Shown here one piece after another: positions 45,696-55,717 of a stretch of DNA of 64,000 bases. The DNA lies in the NCBI GenBank assembly GCA_963826785.1, contig CAWGYD010000006.1:512001-576000 (forward strand), read 5' to 3'. Source of the DNA: an uncultured delta proteobacterium. GTDB taxonomy: Bacteria; Desulfobacterota; Desulfobacteria; Desulfobacterales; Desulfosalsimonadaceae. Each line of letters starts with the position of its first letter. The first letter of the stretch is position 1. The position numbers were made by a program, and so were the translations under genes. The notes beneath the pieces are model-generated. The model made no database searches. It saw only the letters and a list, made by a program, of their open reading frames with translations, and had not been told where the DNA came from.

Positions 45696-46006
45696 GGGCC
45701 AGATGCATCGCCATATTCGGCACCGCATCGGATGTGGCCTTGCTCAAGGTGATAACGCGCAACGGAAAATTCGTTGATGAAACAGACGGGAGCGTTTCAG
45801 GCCCTGAAAATGTGATGGGGACATACATGCATGGTTTTTTCGACACCCCCGCCATTCTCGAAAAGTGGCTCCTGCGTGTGGGCATTACAGATGTATCCGT
45901 TTCGGCTGTTTCCGGAATCGAAGCGCAAAACCGCCAGTACGATCGCCTGGCAACGCATATCAGGGAAAATATCGATCTGGCATTTCTTTTTCGAAAAGAA
46001 TCGTAA
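45692..46006 (+). pseudogene. cobQ: Internally deleted cobyric acid synthase remnant
   Basis: N-terminus MRARCIAIFGTASDV (CobQ P-loop start, GKS missing) joined in frame to C-terminal DG...VMGTYMHGFFD...YDRLATHIRENID. Confidence 0.7.
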
Positions 46007-46012
46007 ACCCCG

Positions 46013-46360
46013 TCAGGCGGCCGGTATGTTCGCAGGTTGCTGCAGTGCCACATCGACCAGCAGCCGTTCCGCGCCTTTTGTCCTCAACAGCCATTTCACC
46101 AGGATCCCGTACGTTGCCACCTCGATTTCCCGGTGGGGATGAAGCGGCCACACCGCCCCCGGAGATAAGGTATCATCGTTGAAGACACGAAGCGTCGCGA
46201 ACTGCATGTACGGTGGATCATGGTTTTCGCCAGATGAAAAATGCCAGGAACCGTAAAAACTGCCCTTGACGATATGTCCCTCCGCCTGATATATGCTTTC
46301 CGGCGGTCTTATAATGATGATTTGATGCCCAGCCTCTGTTTCCTGAGGGGTCACGGGCAT
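46013..46360 (-). pseudogene. Truncated pirin-family gene
   Basis: WHFS, LRVFNDD, HPHREIE..TY then similarity ends at ~46108. Confidence 0.65.
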
Positions 46361-46383
46361 GCGCCATTTATTCGAATTGCGGG

Positions 46384-46914
46384 TTATATCCTTTGCCCGG
46401 CGCCGAAGATGGAAAAGACCACCCCGATGATCAGGCCCTGAATGAGCCAGCCGATCAGGCAGACGCCCACGGCCCGCCAGGTGCTGCTGTAATCCAGTGC
46501 CTGGCGCACGGCGATGATCATGGCCGCAAGCATCCAGATGCCGGCGATGAAAAAGACGATCATCTGGAGCCCGGGTATGATGCCGATGATGCGGATGATC
46601 CCCGGAGAACTGGAAAATCCGATGGTGCGGAGCAGCTCCCCCACATCCGCCTTTGTCTGGGGTTCCGGAAGCAGTTTTGCACCGATCAGATAGGTGATGA
46701 TGGCCCATGCCAGCCATCCGATCAGCGCCGCGAAGAGGCCGATGCCGATACCGCTGCTGCCGGCGGCAGAAATGCTGCCGATGCCGGCGGCCAGACTGGA
46801 GAGCACCACCACCCCCATGGCCTGGCCCATGGAACCGGTGTCCGCCTCCACCTCTTCGTAGGTTTCGATGTCGAGTTTGGCCGCGCCGATCATCCGCTGA
46901 ATAAAATTTGCCAT
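46384..46914 (-). CDS. Yip1-like membrane protein
   Basis: YEEVEAD, LLRTIGFSSSPG, AVRQALDY; several TM helices. Confidence 0.8.
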   Translation of the reverse strand: MANFIQRMIGAAKLDIETYEEVEADTGSMGQAMGVVVLSSLAAGIGSISAAGSSGIGIGLFAALIGWLAWAIITYLIGAKLLPEPQTKADVGELLRTIGFSSSPGIIRIIGIIPGLQMIVFFIAGIWMLAAMIIAVRQALDYSSTWRAVGVCLIGWLIQGLIIGVVFSIFGAGQRI

Positions 46915-47047
46915 TGATTTTCCTTTCATACTGGGGTGAATATCAATAGATATAATGTAAGGCGTTGCGGTATCTTTTCAAATACCGGAACAGTGTTCGT
47001 GAACCTAAACCGGATTAGGGTAAATCCGGAAATCAGGAGGCTTTTTA

Positions 47048-48799
47048 ATGAAGAATGCGGAATTGTTCAAAAATGTGATGGCGATTAATGCTGTCAAAAA
47101 TCTAGAAGATCGGAGGGCGCAGGCGGAATCGTTCTTCCAGGAACTACGGAAGCATGATTTCGGGGACCGCTTCAACTGGGCGGAGGAAATCTTTGAAGAA
47201 CTCCACGTAAAGGAGAGAGGCGATAAGACGGCACTGATCTGGGCGGACATGGAAACGGGAGAGAACAAGACGTTTTCCTACCGGGAGTTGGCCGGAAACG
47301 GAAACCGGCTGCTCAATTTCATGCGGAAAAACGGCCTCGAAAAGGGGAACAACATCTATATGATGACCCCCATCGTGCCGGAAACCTGGTTTGCCACATT
47401 CGCCGGAATCAAAGGCGGGCTGATCGCCGTGCCCACGGCCACCTCCATGACCGTCCGGGAACTCAAGTTCCGGTTTGAAATCTATCCGCCGGATGCAGTC
47501 ATGATTTCGGAAGAATTTGCCGAAATTATGGATGAGGCCCTGGAAAGTGCGGGCATCGTGCCCAAGATCAAGCTGGTGCTCGGTCGGAAAGATGGATGGA
47601 AAACCTGGGCGGAGACGCAGGAACAGCCGGATACGGCGGATGCGGCCCCGACCCGGCCGGAGGATGTCCTGTTCTGCTTTTTCACCTCCGGAACCACCGG
47701 CCTGCCCAAGCGGGTGGGGCACAGTGCGGTTTCCTACCCGGTGGGGCACCTGTCCACTTCCGTGCTGATCGGGATCAAAGAAGACGATATCCATCACAAT
47801 CTCAGCGCCCCGGGATGGGCCAAGTGGGCCTGGAGCAGCTTTTTCGCACCGTTCAATGTCGGGGCCACCGCAGCCGGGTTCAATTTCAAGGCCCTCAACG
47901 GCGACACCTATCTGCGGCATGTTTCCGATCATCACGTGACGTCTTTCTGCGCGCCGCCGACGGCATGGCGGATGTTCGTGGGCCTGGACCTTAAATCGTA
48001 CGACTTTTCCGCATTGCGGCAGTCGGTCAGTGCGGGTGAGCCATTGAACCCGGAAACCATTGAAAAATGGAAAAAAGCCACCCAAAACGAAATCCGGGAT
48101 TTTTACGGGCAGACGGAATCGACGGCCATGATCGGAAACGCCCCCTGGATGGAAGGGAAGATGCGGTTCGGGTCGTTCGGCCGTCCATCCCCCATGTATG
48201 ACGTCACCCTGCTCGATGAAGAAGGAAAGGAAGTCACCCAGCCGCGGCAGAATGGACATATCGTCGTGCGCCTGGATAAGGGCGGGGCCATCGGGCTTTT
48301 TTCCGAATACATCGGCAACCCGGACAAGATGAAAGAAGTGGTGTTCGACAACTACTATTACACCGGGGACCGGGCTTCGTTCGACGAGGATGGGTACTGG
48401 TGGTTCGAAGGCCGGGCAGACGACGTGATCAAGTCTTCGGATTTCCGGGTGGGCCCTTTCGAGGTGGAAAGTGCCATGGTGGAGCATCCCGCGATCATGG
48501 AATCGGCCGTGGTGGGCACTCCCGATCCCAAACGGCACCAGCTGGTCAAGGCCTATGTCATTCTCAACCACGGGTACACGCCCTCAAGGGAACTGGCCCT
48601 GGACCTGTTTCAGCACAGCATCCGGATCCTGGCCAAATTCCGCATCCCCCGCATCATCCAGTTTGTGGATACCCTGCCCAAAACCATCAGCGGCAAAATC
48701 CGGCGGATCGAACTGCGGGATTTTGAAAAAGGCAAACAGGGCCGGCAGGAACATGAATACTTCTACACGGATTTTCCCGAGCTGAGTTCAAAGAAATAG
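47048..48799 (+). CDS. AMP-forming acyl-CoA synthetase (short/medium chain)
   Basis: FTSGTTGLPK, SAGEPL, YGQTE, YTGD, GRADD, LPKTISGKIRR. Confidence 0.92.
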   Translation: MKNAELFKNVMAINAVKNLEDRRAQAESFFQELRKHDFGDRFNWAEEIFEELHVKERGDKTALIWADMETGENKTFSYRELAGNGNRLLNFMRKNGLEKGNNIYMMTPIVPETWFATFAGIKGGLIAVPTATSMTVRELKFRFEIYPPDAVMISEEFAEIMDEALESAGIVPKIKLVLGRKDGWKTWAETQEQPDTADAAPTRPEDVLFCFFTSGTTGLPKRVGHSAVSYPVGHLSTSVLIGIKEDDIHHNLSAPGWAKWAWSSFFAPFNVGATAAGFNFKALNGDTYLRHVSDHHVTSFCAPPTAWRMFVGLDLKSYDFSALRQSVSAGEPLNPETIEKWKKATQNEIRDFYGQTESTAMIGNAPWMEGKMRFGSFGRPSPMYDVTLLDEEGKEVTQPRQNGHIVVRLDKGGAIGLFSEYIGNPDKMKEVVFDNYYYTGDRASFDEDGYWWFEGRADDVIKSSDFRVGPFEVESAMVEHPAIMESAVVGTPDPKRHQLVKAYVILNHGYTPSRELALDLFQHSIRILAKFRIPRIIQFVDTLPKTISGKIRRIELRDFEKGKQGRQEHEYFYTDFPELSSKK

Positions 48800-48827
48800 A
48801 AATCCGTCCAAATGTGATGCTTCCTCA

Positions 48828-48855
48828 TGCGGGGGAGGACTTGTCCTCCCCCGCA
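48828..48855 (+). terminator. Hairpin after acyl-CoA synthetase
   Basis: TGCGGGGGAGGAC-tt-GTCCTCCCCCGCA perfect inverted repeat; weak U-tail. Confidence 0.6.
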
Positions 48856-49225
48856 CCATTTCAAAAGCGCCATTCCCCTCCATTATTTTAAACCGGCAGA
48901 GACACACCTCATGATTCTTAACCTCCTCCCCTTTCTGACTGATGGGGGTTCATCAGAACCGGCCTTGTTTTCCTGCTTATCTTCTTCTCACCAGAAGATA
49001 CTGTCTGTTTGTCTCCAAAATGGGTTTTTCTGCTCATTGAAAGATAAATCCACATCGTTTTATGAATTGGTACAGAGATGAGCGGGTGATTGTAACTCCT
49101 TAAAAAGAACCGCGCCGCTCTCTGAATGTCCCGACTCCGGGTTCATCCACGGGCTGATCGACCGCTTTTCGCCCCCTGAAGTCGGAAAAATCCTTATCAG
49201 GCAATAGTCCAAAAGGAGAGGCAAA

Positions 49226-50536
49226 ATGAAAAAATGGATTCTGGTCATGATGGTTGCTTGTTTTCTGGGGACGCCCCTGTCGGCCGAGGAACTGTTTTCG
49301 GCGACGAAAGCGGGCGATTTGAGCGATATGACGCATTTGGGGGGTGCGCTGTACAGGGATCTGACGCTTTCCTTTAACGCAAATGAGGCCTGCATGACCT
49401 GCCATCATCCTTCCGCCGGGTTCGCGGATCAGGCAGACCGCATTGACCCGGTGAATCTGCCCGTTTCGGCAGGGTCGGTGGCGGGAATGTTCGGCGGGAG
49501 AAACGCGCCTTCATCGGCCTATGCCGGTTTTGCCCCTTGTTTTTATTATGATGCGGACGAAGGATTGTTTCTGGGCGGCGCCTTCTGGGATGGCCGGGCC
49601 ACGGGAAATCTTTCTCTGGGAGGCGCTCTTGCGGTTCATGATCCGCTGGCGGAACAGGCCATGGGACCGTTTTTAAATCCTGTGGAAATGGCTGTTCCGG
49701 ATGCGGAGATGCTGGTGGCGCTGGTCAAGAATTCAGCATATGCCGACCTTTTTCTCAAGGTTTTCGGACCGGAAGCCTTCGATGACACCCAACTGGCTTA
49801 TGAGTACATCGGGATCGCCATCGCGGATTTTGAGCATTCCCACTTTATTAACCGGTTTAGTTCCAAGTTCGACAAGTTTGTGGCCGAGCAGGGCGGGGAG
49901 GTCGATGATTTCGGAGTTGAGGTGGAGGACAGCGGATTTCGGAAATATGTCGGTCCGCCGAAAAAGTTTAAGTCCAAATACCTGACCTATGACGAGGCCG
50001 ACGGTCTGGCCCTGTTCAATGCCGATTCAGGCGTGCAGTTGGAAAATGACGGCAGCAGCGTGGGCGGCATGTGCTATCTGTGCCATCTGACGGAAAATGG
50101 TCCGGAGGCGAATGCGCCGCTGCTGACCGATTTTTCCTATGATAATCTTGGAATTCCCAAAAACGATAGAATCGAAGCGCTGGCCGGGTTTCAGGAGACG
50201 GATTACGGGCTGGGGGCCCGGGTGGAGCAGCTTGAAACCGCGTGTCCGGAATGTGCTTTCACCTACAATGAAAATGAGACGGTGATCGAGGAAGAAGCCG
50301 GCAAATTCAAGGTACCCACGCTTAGGAATGTCGAAAGATCAGCACCTTATGGACACAACGGCTATTTTCCGGACCTGCTTTCCATCGTTCATTTCTATAA
50401 TGTCAGAAATTCCATGACAGAAATAGCGGCCGAAGTTCCTTCCACCGTAAATGAGGAAGAACTCGGCAACCTGGGGCTCTCCCCGGACCAGGAGGCAAAA
50501 ATCGTACTGTTTTTGAAAACCCTGACCGACCGTTGA
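49226..50536 (+). CDS. Di-heme cytochrome c peroxidase / MauG-family protein
   Basis: Signal peptide; CMTCH and CYLCH; RNAPS, FWDGRA, GPFLNPVEM, GKFKVPTLRNV, PYGHNG. Confidence 0.9.
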   Translation: MKKWILVMMVACFLGTPLSAEELFSATKAGDLSDMTHLGGALYRDLTLSFNANEACMTCHHPSAGFADQADRIDPVNLPVSAGSVAGMFGGRNAPSSAYAGFAPCFYYDADEGLFLGGAFWDGRATGNLSLGGALAVHDPLAEQAMGPFLNPVEMAVPDAEMLVALVKNSAYADLFLKVFGPEAFDDTQLAYEYIGIAIADFEHSHFINRFSSKFDKFVAEQGGEVDDFGVEVEDSGFRKYVGPPKKFKSKYLTYDEADGLALFNADSGVQLENDGSSVGGMCYLCHLTENGPEANAPLLTDFSYDNLGIPKNDRIEALAGFQETDYGLGARVEQLETACPECAFTYNENETVIEEEAGKFKVPTLRNVERSAPYGHNGYFPDLLSIVHFYNVRNSMTEIAAEVPSTVNEEELGNLGLSPDQEAKIVLFLKTLTDR

Positions 50537-50594
50537 CCCAACCAATCGATTTTCGCATACGAACACCGCATGGGGCCAGGCTTCATGCGGTGTT

Positions 50595-51263
50595 CTATTT
50601 CAAAGCGGTTTGGGATTTTTCCAGAGAGTTTAACACCACCTCCACGTGGGCGGAGGCGAACTGTCGGAATGTGTCTGCGGCGGCATCCGGGTCATTGCGG
50701 GCGATGCTCTCATACCCCTTGCGCAGGTGGCTGACCACTTTTTTGAGCTGGTCCGGCATGTAGGTGATGGACATCCACTGGACCCGCTCCGCGGTGGGCA
50801 TGAGTTCCAGGGCGATGCGTTCGATGATGGGATTTCCGGACATTCTCAGAACTTTGTGGGCCATCCGGGTGACGTTGATCAGGTAGAGATCAAAGTCGTT
50901 TTCATCGATGCTCTTTTCCAGGTTGGCCAGCTCCGTTTTCAGATCGGCGATGTCATCAGGAGTGGCGTTTCTGGCGGCATTGGCGAAGGCATATTGATAG
51001 AGTACAATAGCCGTGTCATAGAGGTGGCCGATCAGTTCAACGGAAAGCTCGGTCACCTGGTATCCTTTGGGCGTTTTATCCACCAGCCGGATCTGCTCGA
51101 GCCGCAAAAGCGCATCCCGGACCGGGCTTCGGCTGACGCCCAGGTCCTTGGAGACCTGGGATTCATGGATCGGTTCGCCGGATTTCAGTTCATTTCGGAT
51201 GATCTTTTTTCCGATAATCTCGATGATCTGATCCGACAAATTGTTTCGTGCCAGCGCTTCCAT
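50595..51263 (-). CDS. GntR (FadR/FCD-type) transcriptional regulator
   Basis: LKSGEPIHESQVSKDLGVSRSPVRDALLRLE HTH; helical C-terminal domain. Confidence 0.88.
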   Translation of the reverse strand: MEALARNNLSDQIIEIIGKKIIRNELKSGEPIHESQVSKDLGVSRSPVRDALLRLEQIRLVDKTPKGYQVTELSVELIGHLYDTAIVLYQYAFANAARNATPDDIADLKTELANLEKSIDENDFDLYLINVTRMAHKVLRMSGNPIIERIALELMPTAERVQWMSITYMPDQLKKVVSHLRKGYESIARNDPDAAADTFRQFASAHVEVVLNSLEKSQTALK

Positions 51264-51269
51264 TCGATG

Positions 51270-51512
51270 CTAACCCTCTTGCGGCTCAAGTGCTGACATG
51301 GAAACGGCCCCCGCGAGGCACTCCTTCTCACAGGCATGGCAGCCGATGCATTTTTCAGGTGCGGCTAAAAACGGGTATCGCCGAAATCCCCGGGTGCTGT
51401 TGGCAATGTGGAGGTCTAAAGCGCCGGTGGGGCAGATCTCGGTGCACATGGAACAGGCCCAGCAGAGTTCCCGGTCAAAAAGGGGGGTCGATATATTCTT
51501 TTTTGCCTTCAT
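51270..51512 (-). CDS. 2x[4Fe-4S] ferredoxin
   Basis: CWACSMCTEICP and CIGCHACEKEC. Confidence 0.85.
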   Translation of the reverse strand: MKAKKNISTPLFDRELCWACSMCTEICPTGALDLHIANSTRGFRRYPFLAAPEKCIGCHACEKECLAGAVSMSALEPQEG

Positions 51513-51560
51513 GTCGTTGCGATCCTTTTCGGACTTGAATATCGTATTTGTCTTTTGATT

Positions 51561-52310
51561 TCAGTTAAATGGTTTCCACACGGTTTGGGCCCGGGTGATG
51601 ATTTTTCCGGTGTTTTTACTGAAAAGCGCATGGGCAAACTGCGGGGCCGGATTTTCATGCACCTGTTGGGCCCGGGAGATGATCCGGTCCCCATAGAGGG
51701 ATTCACCGATATAGTGGATATCGATCTCGCAGGGCCTATATCCCCGGATGACGGCTTCGGGAACGGTTTCCAGCGCCCAGACGATATAAACCGAATTGTT
51801 CACGTGGGTATTGAAATCCAGATCATGCATCCGGATGTTGAAGATGCGCTCCGCATCGGTATTTGCCGGTTCGGGTATGGCAGCGAAATTATCTTCAACC
51901 GGACGCTGGCATCCGGACAGCATGGCCTCCGGCAGGCCCTTGCTGAGGCGGACCGGCTTTTTGCCTGCCAGACTGACGACGATCCAGCAGCTTCTGGCGG
52001 CAATCAACAGCTTTTCATGGTCATCGTAGATTTCAAATTCCCTGAGCTCATATAGATTTTTATGGGGATACCGCCAGGTGACGGCCCGGAGGGAATCGTT
52101 CCAGCCCGGATAATGGTGTAAGGCGATGTGGTATTTCACCACCACCCAGGCAAATCCGTTCCGGAAAAGATCATTCGATGATGCCCCCATGCGCCCGCAG
52201 TGCCGGCTCATGATATCCTGGAAGATGTTTAAGGCCGCCACCGGCTTGATCATCCCCCTGACTCCGGTATCGGCATAGCGCACCCGGATGTTCTGTTCAT
52301 ATAAATCCAT
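51561..52310 (-). CDS. Acyl-ACP/acyl-CoA thioesterase (double hotdog)
   Basis: VRYADT, WVVVKY, DLDFNTHVNNSVY. Confidence 0.85.
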   Translation of the reverse strand: MDLYEQNIRVRYADTGVRGMIKPVAALNIFQDIMSRHCGRMGASSNDLFRNGFAWVVVKYHIALHHYPGWNDSLRAVTWRYPHKNLYELREFEIYDDHEKLLIAARSCWIVVSLAGKKPVRLSKGLPEAMLSGCQRPVEDNFAAIPEPANTDAERIFNIRMHDLDFNTHVNNSVYIVWALETVPEAVIRGYRPCEIDIHYIGESLYGDRIISRAQQVHENPAPQFAHALFSKNTGKIITRAQTVWKPFN

Positions 52311-52345
52311 GAGATTATCAGTTCCCCCGCCGGGGCCGGGGGGTG

Positions 52346-54286
52346 TCACGGTTCCACTTTTTCCGCAGGTTTTCCGGTTTCCTTGTCCCATCCGAACTGC
52401 TGCCAGTAGTCGGCCACCATCTTGTCGATGTTGACTTGCCGGTTTTTGTTGGCGCCTTTTTCCATGGGGGGGTAGCCCAGGGCCCGGGGGTTGGGCCGGA
52501 TCGATTTCGGGTCGATGCCGTGTTTGATATTAAAGGCCTGCTTTAAGGTCTGGAGTCGTTTGCCCATTTCCATGTATTCGGCCGGAGTCTTGTCCCATCC
52601 GGCGGCCGCATTGATCCATTCGAACACCGGCATCCGGTCGGCCCCCAGAAAAGCCCCGAAGGCGCATCCGCCCGCGCCGTTTAACACATTGACGAAGTTG
52701 CTGCAGGCCGCGGCCATTTTGGCCTTCTTCTGTGTGGCGCGGTACTTGCCCGCCTTGCGGTACATCAGCCACGGCTTGGGCAGGGTCTTGTCCTTTTTCC
52801 ACAGCCTGTACATCTCATAATACATCTGGGAGCCGATGGTGTGGCGCCCCGGAGTGGGCTCCACGGAATAGTGGACGGCAAATCCGGGATCAAACCGGCT
52901 GTCGTGCATGGGCAGTTCCTGGCCGCCGGAATGGATGGCGTACTGGTGAGCCCCTTTGCCGATGCGCTCGGCGGCCTTTTTCACCCCGTCGGCCAGGATG
53001 TCGCCAATCCCGTCCCGGGCGACCATCTTTTCTATCAGGGCGATCATGGCGTCGGTGTTCCCCCAGGTCAGCTCCAGTCCATCCGCGTCGGCTTTGGTCA
53101 GGATGCCCTTTTCATAACATTCCATGGCAAAGGCGATGGCGGTTCCCGCCGAAATGGTGTCCATTCCGGCCCGGTTGAGCATGTCGTTCATGAGGAAAAT
53201 AGCATCGAGATCATCGTTTAACACGAGGCCGGACAGGGCCAGCACCGTCTCGTACTCGGGCTTGTGCCCTTCGCCGGAAGGGAATTTGCCCGTGCAGATG
53301 CCGCCGCACCCCAGGGGACATGAGTAGCAGTGATACTTTGCGATCTCCTTTTCCAGAAACAGGTCCGGGTTGATGGCATTGGACTTTTCCTTGGGAAAGT
53401 CAAGGTTGGAGCCGCCCCAGTTCTTGATGGGGGAGTCTCCCATTTCGGTGGCGTACTGGTTGATGGCCACGGTACCCCATTTGCGCAGCATGATCTTCCA
53501 CAGCATGCCGTCCACGGCCGTCTGCATGGGCAGAAACCGGAGCAGGGCCCCGACAATCCGCAGGCCCTTGCCGGACAGGAACCAGGGCTGAAACTGCACC
53601 CACTTGTTGCACGCCTGGGACAGGGATTTGACCGCTTCGGGGTTGCTGGCCTCAATCTTTTTGTTGCCGTCGAGGACCACCGCTTTTAACTTCTTGGACC
53701 CCATGACCGCACCCAGGCCCGAACGGGCGGCCATGCGGCCCATGTCATTGGAGACCCCGGAGATCAGGGACAGCTTCTCCCCGGCCGGACCGATGCAGGC
53801 CACCCTTGGTTTTCGCCTGTCCCTGAGTTCGGCAATGAGCATCTCCTCGGTCTCTAAAGCATCTTTTCCCCACACATGAGCGGCGTCTTTGAGTTCGGCC
53901 TTGTTGTTTTTAATGTGCAGATAAACCGGTTTGTCGCTTGCGCCGGTAAAAAAAATGCCGTCATACCCGCAGCGTTTGATGGCCGGAGAAAACGTGCCGC
54001 CGCAGTTGGCCTCGCCATAGCCCCCGGTCAAGGGCGATTTGCCCACCACCATCCACCGGCCGGTAAAGAGACTGCCCGTTCCGGTGAGCAGCCCCGACAC
54101 AAACCCCAGCATGTTGTCCGGCCCCAGGGGATCGGCCCCTTCCGGGATGTCGTTGTAGAGCATAAACCCGCCCAGGCCGGATCCGGCCAGAAACTTCTCA
54201 TAAACGGAATCGGGTATCTGCTGCTCCTCCATGGTGCCGTCGGTGAGATTGACTTTCAGGACCTTGCCCATGTATCCGTTTGGCAT
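52346..54286 (-). CDS. Aldehyde:ferredoxin oxidoreductase family (W/Mo-pterin) protein
   Basis: GYMGKVLKVNL, KSPLTGG, AARSGLGAVMGSKKLKAV, CYSCPLGC, PEYET, DTIS. Confidence 0.92.
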   Translation of the reverse strand: MPNGYMGKVLKVNLTDGTMEEQQIPDSVYEKFLAGSGLGGFMLYNDIPEGADPLGPDNMLGFVSGLLTGTGSLFTGRWMVVGKSPLTGGYGEANCGGTFSPAIKRCGYDGIFFTGASDKPVYLHIKNNKAELKDAAHVWGKDALETEEMLIAELRDRRKPRVACIGPAGEKLSLISGVSNDMGRMAARSGLGAVMGSKKLKAVVLDGNKKIEASNPEAVKSLSQACNKWVQFQPWFLSGKGLRIVGALLRFLPMQTAVDGMLWKIMLRKWGTVAINQYATEMGDSPIKNWGGSNLDFPKEKSNAINPDLFLEKEIAKYHCYSCPLGCGGICTGKFPSGEGHKPEYETVLALSGLVLNDDLDAIFLMNDMLNRAGMDTISAGTAIAFAMECYEKGILTKADADGLELTWGNTDAMIALIEKMVARDGIGDILADGVKKAAERIGKGAHQYAIHSGGQELPMHDSRFDPGFAVHYSVEPTPGRHTIGSQMYYEMYRLWKKDKTLPKPWLMYRKAGKYRATQKKAKMAAACSNFVNVLNGAGGCAFGAFLGADRMPVFEWINAAAGWDKTPAEYMEMGKRLQTLKQAFNIKHGIDPKSIRPNPRALGYPPMEKGANKNRQVNIDKMVADYWQQFGWDKETGKPAEKVEP

Positions 54287-54501
54287 ACCGACCTCCTTTT
54301 TCTAAGGGGGAACTTATATTCAAATTCCCATGAAAACGCTTCTATTGAAATGAGCTGGAGTTTTTCCAGATCAGCGGGAAAAAAGAATCCGGTAAAGAAC
54401 CCCGGATTCAGTTCTATTTTTCAAAAACCCCCAATGACGGGAGGCAATTCTTTTTACGCGTTCATCCGTATGGGATAAAAAGTGTGCATTTCGTTCAGGC
54501 G

Positions 54502-55680
54502 CTACACCTTGACCCGGACCTCCGACGGCTTCAGCAGGGGAAGAAACACCGTGCGGGGTTTGGATGTCATCTCGATGTTGTTTTTGGGGCACTGATAGGC
54601 GCATTGGCCGCAGCCGATGCACTTGTCGGCGTTGAGCGTCATTATTTTATCCTCGATGGAAACGGCGGTGGTGGGACAGAACCGCTCGCACAGGCCGCAC
54701 CCCTTGCAGTTCGCATCATTTTTCACCCGGGCCAGAAAGTGGCTCTCGTATTTCAGCGACACGGCCCCCATGTTGTATGCTTTGAGAATGCCGCAGCAGT
54801 CCCAGCAGCAGTTGCAGATCGCGAGCACCGGCAGACGAATATCGTCGCGCTCGTGAATGACCGTGTGAACCGCCCCCTTGTCCCGCACCGCCCTGAGGAT
54901 GGAAAGCGCTTCTTCCTGGTCGATGCTCCGCCCGTAGCCGAAATCCACCCAGGCTTTTGCCATTTCCCCGAAGGCCATGCAGGAATCCTCGGGCATCTTG
55001 TGGCTGCAGGATTTATCCAAAACATCGGCCGCCCGGCGGCATACGCAGGGGAAAATGGAGATCGCGTTTTTGCCGCCAAATTCCCGGACCAGGTTGTCCA
55101 CGTAGGCAGTGGGGTATACCTTTGATTCGGGTGCCGACAAGGACGCATCGATGGGGATGATTTTCTTCTTTTTGCCTGTCGAAGCCAGGGCGGGACTGAG
55201 GATGCCCACTCCCTGAGCGGGTTTAAAGAAGGGCTTCATGGCCATATTCTGGAGGGGCCGCAGCGGCACAAAATTAAATCGGGCAAAAAACTGGAAGAAT
55301 TCTTCCCATTTTTTTGAAAAGGCTTTGATTTCGGGTTTGCCGACCAGATAATGCATCATGGCCTCGTACCACCCCACTGCGATGGCATTCAGCCGGTACT
55401 GGCCATTTCCGCCTGCATCGATATCCCGATGCAACAGGCCCTTGCGGTTCAGCGTATCAAAAAAAGCGTCAAATTCATCTGAGGCCATGCCGCTTTGTTT
55501 GGCCGCGGCTGCATAGGACAGGTGGCCGGTCCCCAGTTTCAACAGGTAGTCGAGTTCCCGGTCGGTCACCGACATGTCCATCATCTCCACCAGGGGCGTG
55601 GCCACCGGGATGAACCGCTCGTTCTGCTTGTTCATTCGAGAAAGCAGCGCTTTGATTTTCTTCTTGCGTGTATTTGTCAT
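54502..55680 (-). CDS. Multi-cluster 4Fe-4S protein
   Basis: CVCR, ICNCCWDCCG, CKGCGLCERFCP, CIGCGQCAYQCP. Confidence 0.85.
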   Translation of the reverse strand: MTNTRKKKIKALLSRMNKQNERFIPVATPLVEMMDMSVTDRELDYLLKLGTGHLSYAAAAKQSGMASDEFDAFFDTLNRKGLLHRDIDAGGNGQYRLNAIAVGWYEAMMHYLVGKPEIKAFSKKWEEFFQFFARFNFVPLRPLQNMAMKPFFKPAQGVGILSPALASTGKKKKIIPIDASLSAPESKVYPTAYVDNLVREFGGKNAISIFPCVCRRAADVLDKSCSHKMPEDSCMAFGEMAKAWVDFGYGRSIDQEEALSILRAVRDKGAVHTVIHERDDIRLPVLAICNCCWDCCGILKAYNMGAVSLKYESHFLARVKNDANCKGCGLCERFCPTTAVSIEDKIMTLNADKCIGCGQCAYQCPKNNIEMTSKPRTVFLPLLKPSEVRVKV

Positions 55681-55717
55681 GAGGGTCCTCCTGCATTTGC
55701 ACTAAGTGAACAGCTGC

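Noticed and set aside
54290..54500. Moco/tungsten-cofactor riboswitch upstream of AOR
   Set aside because: Only a GCCTCCCGT 9-mer on the minus strand resembles the motif; it is far from the RBS and lacks the other conserved stems
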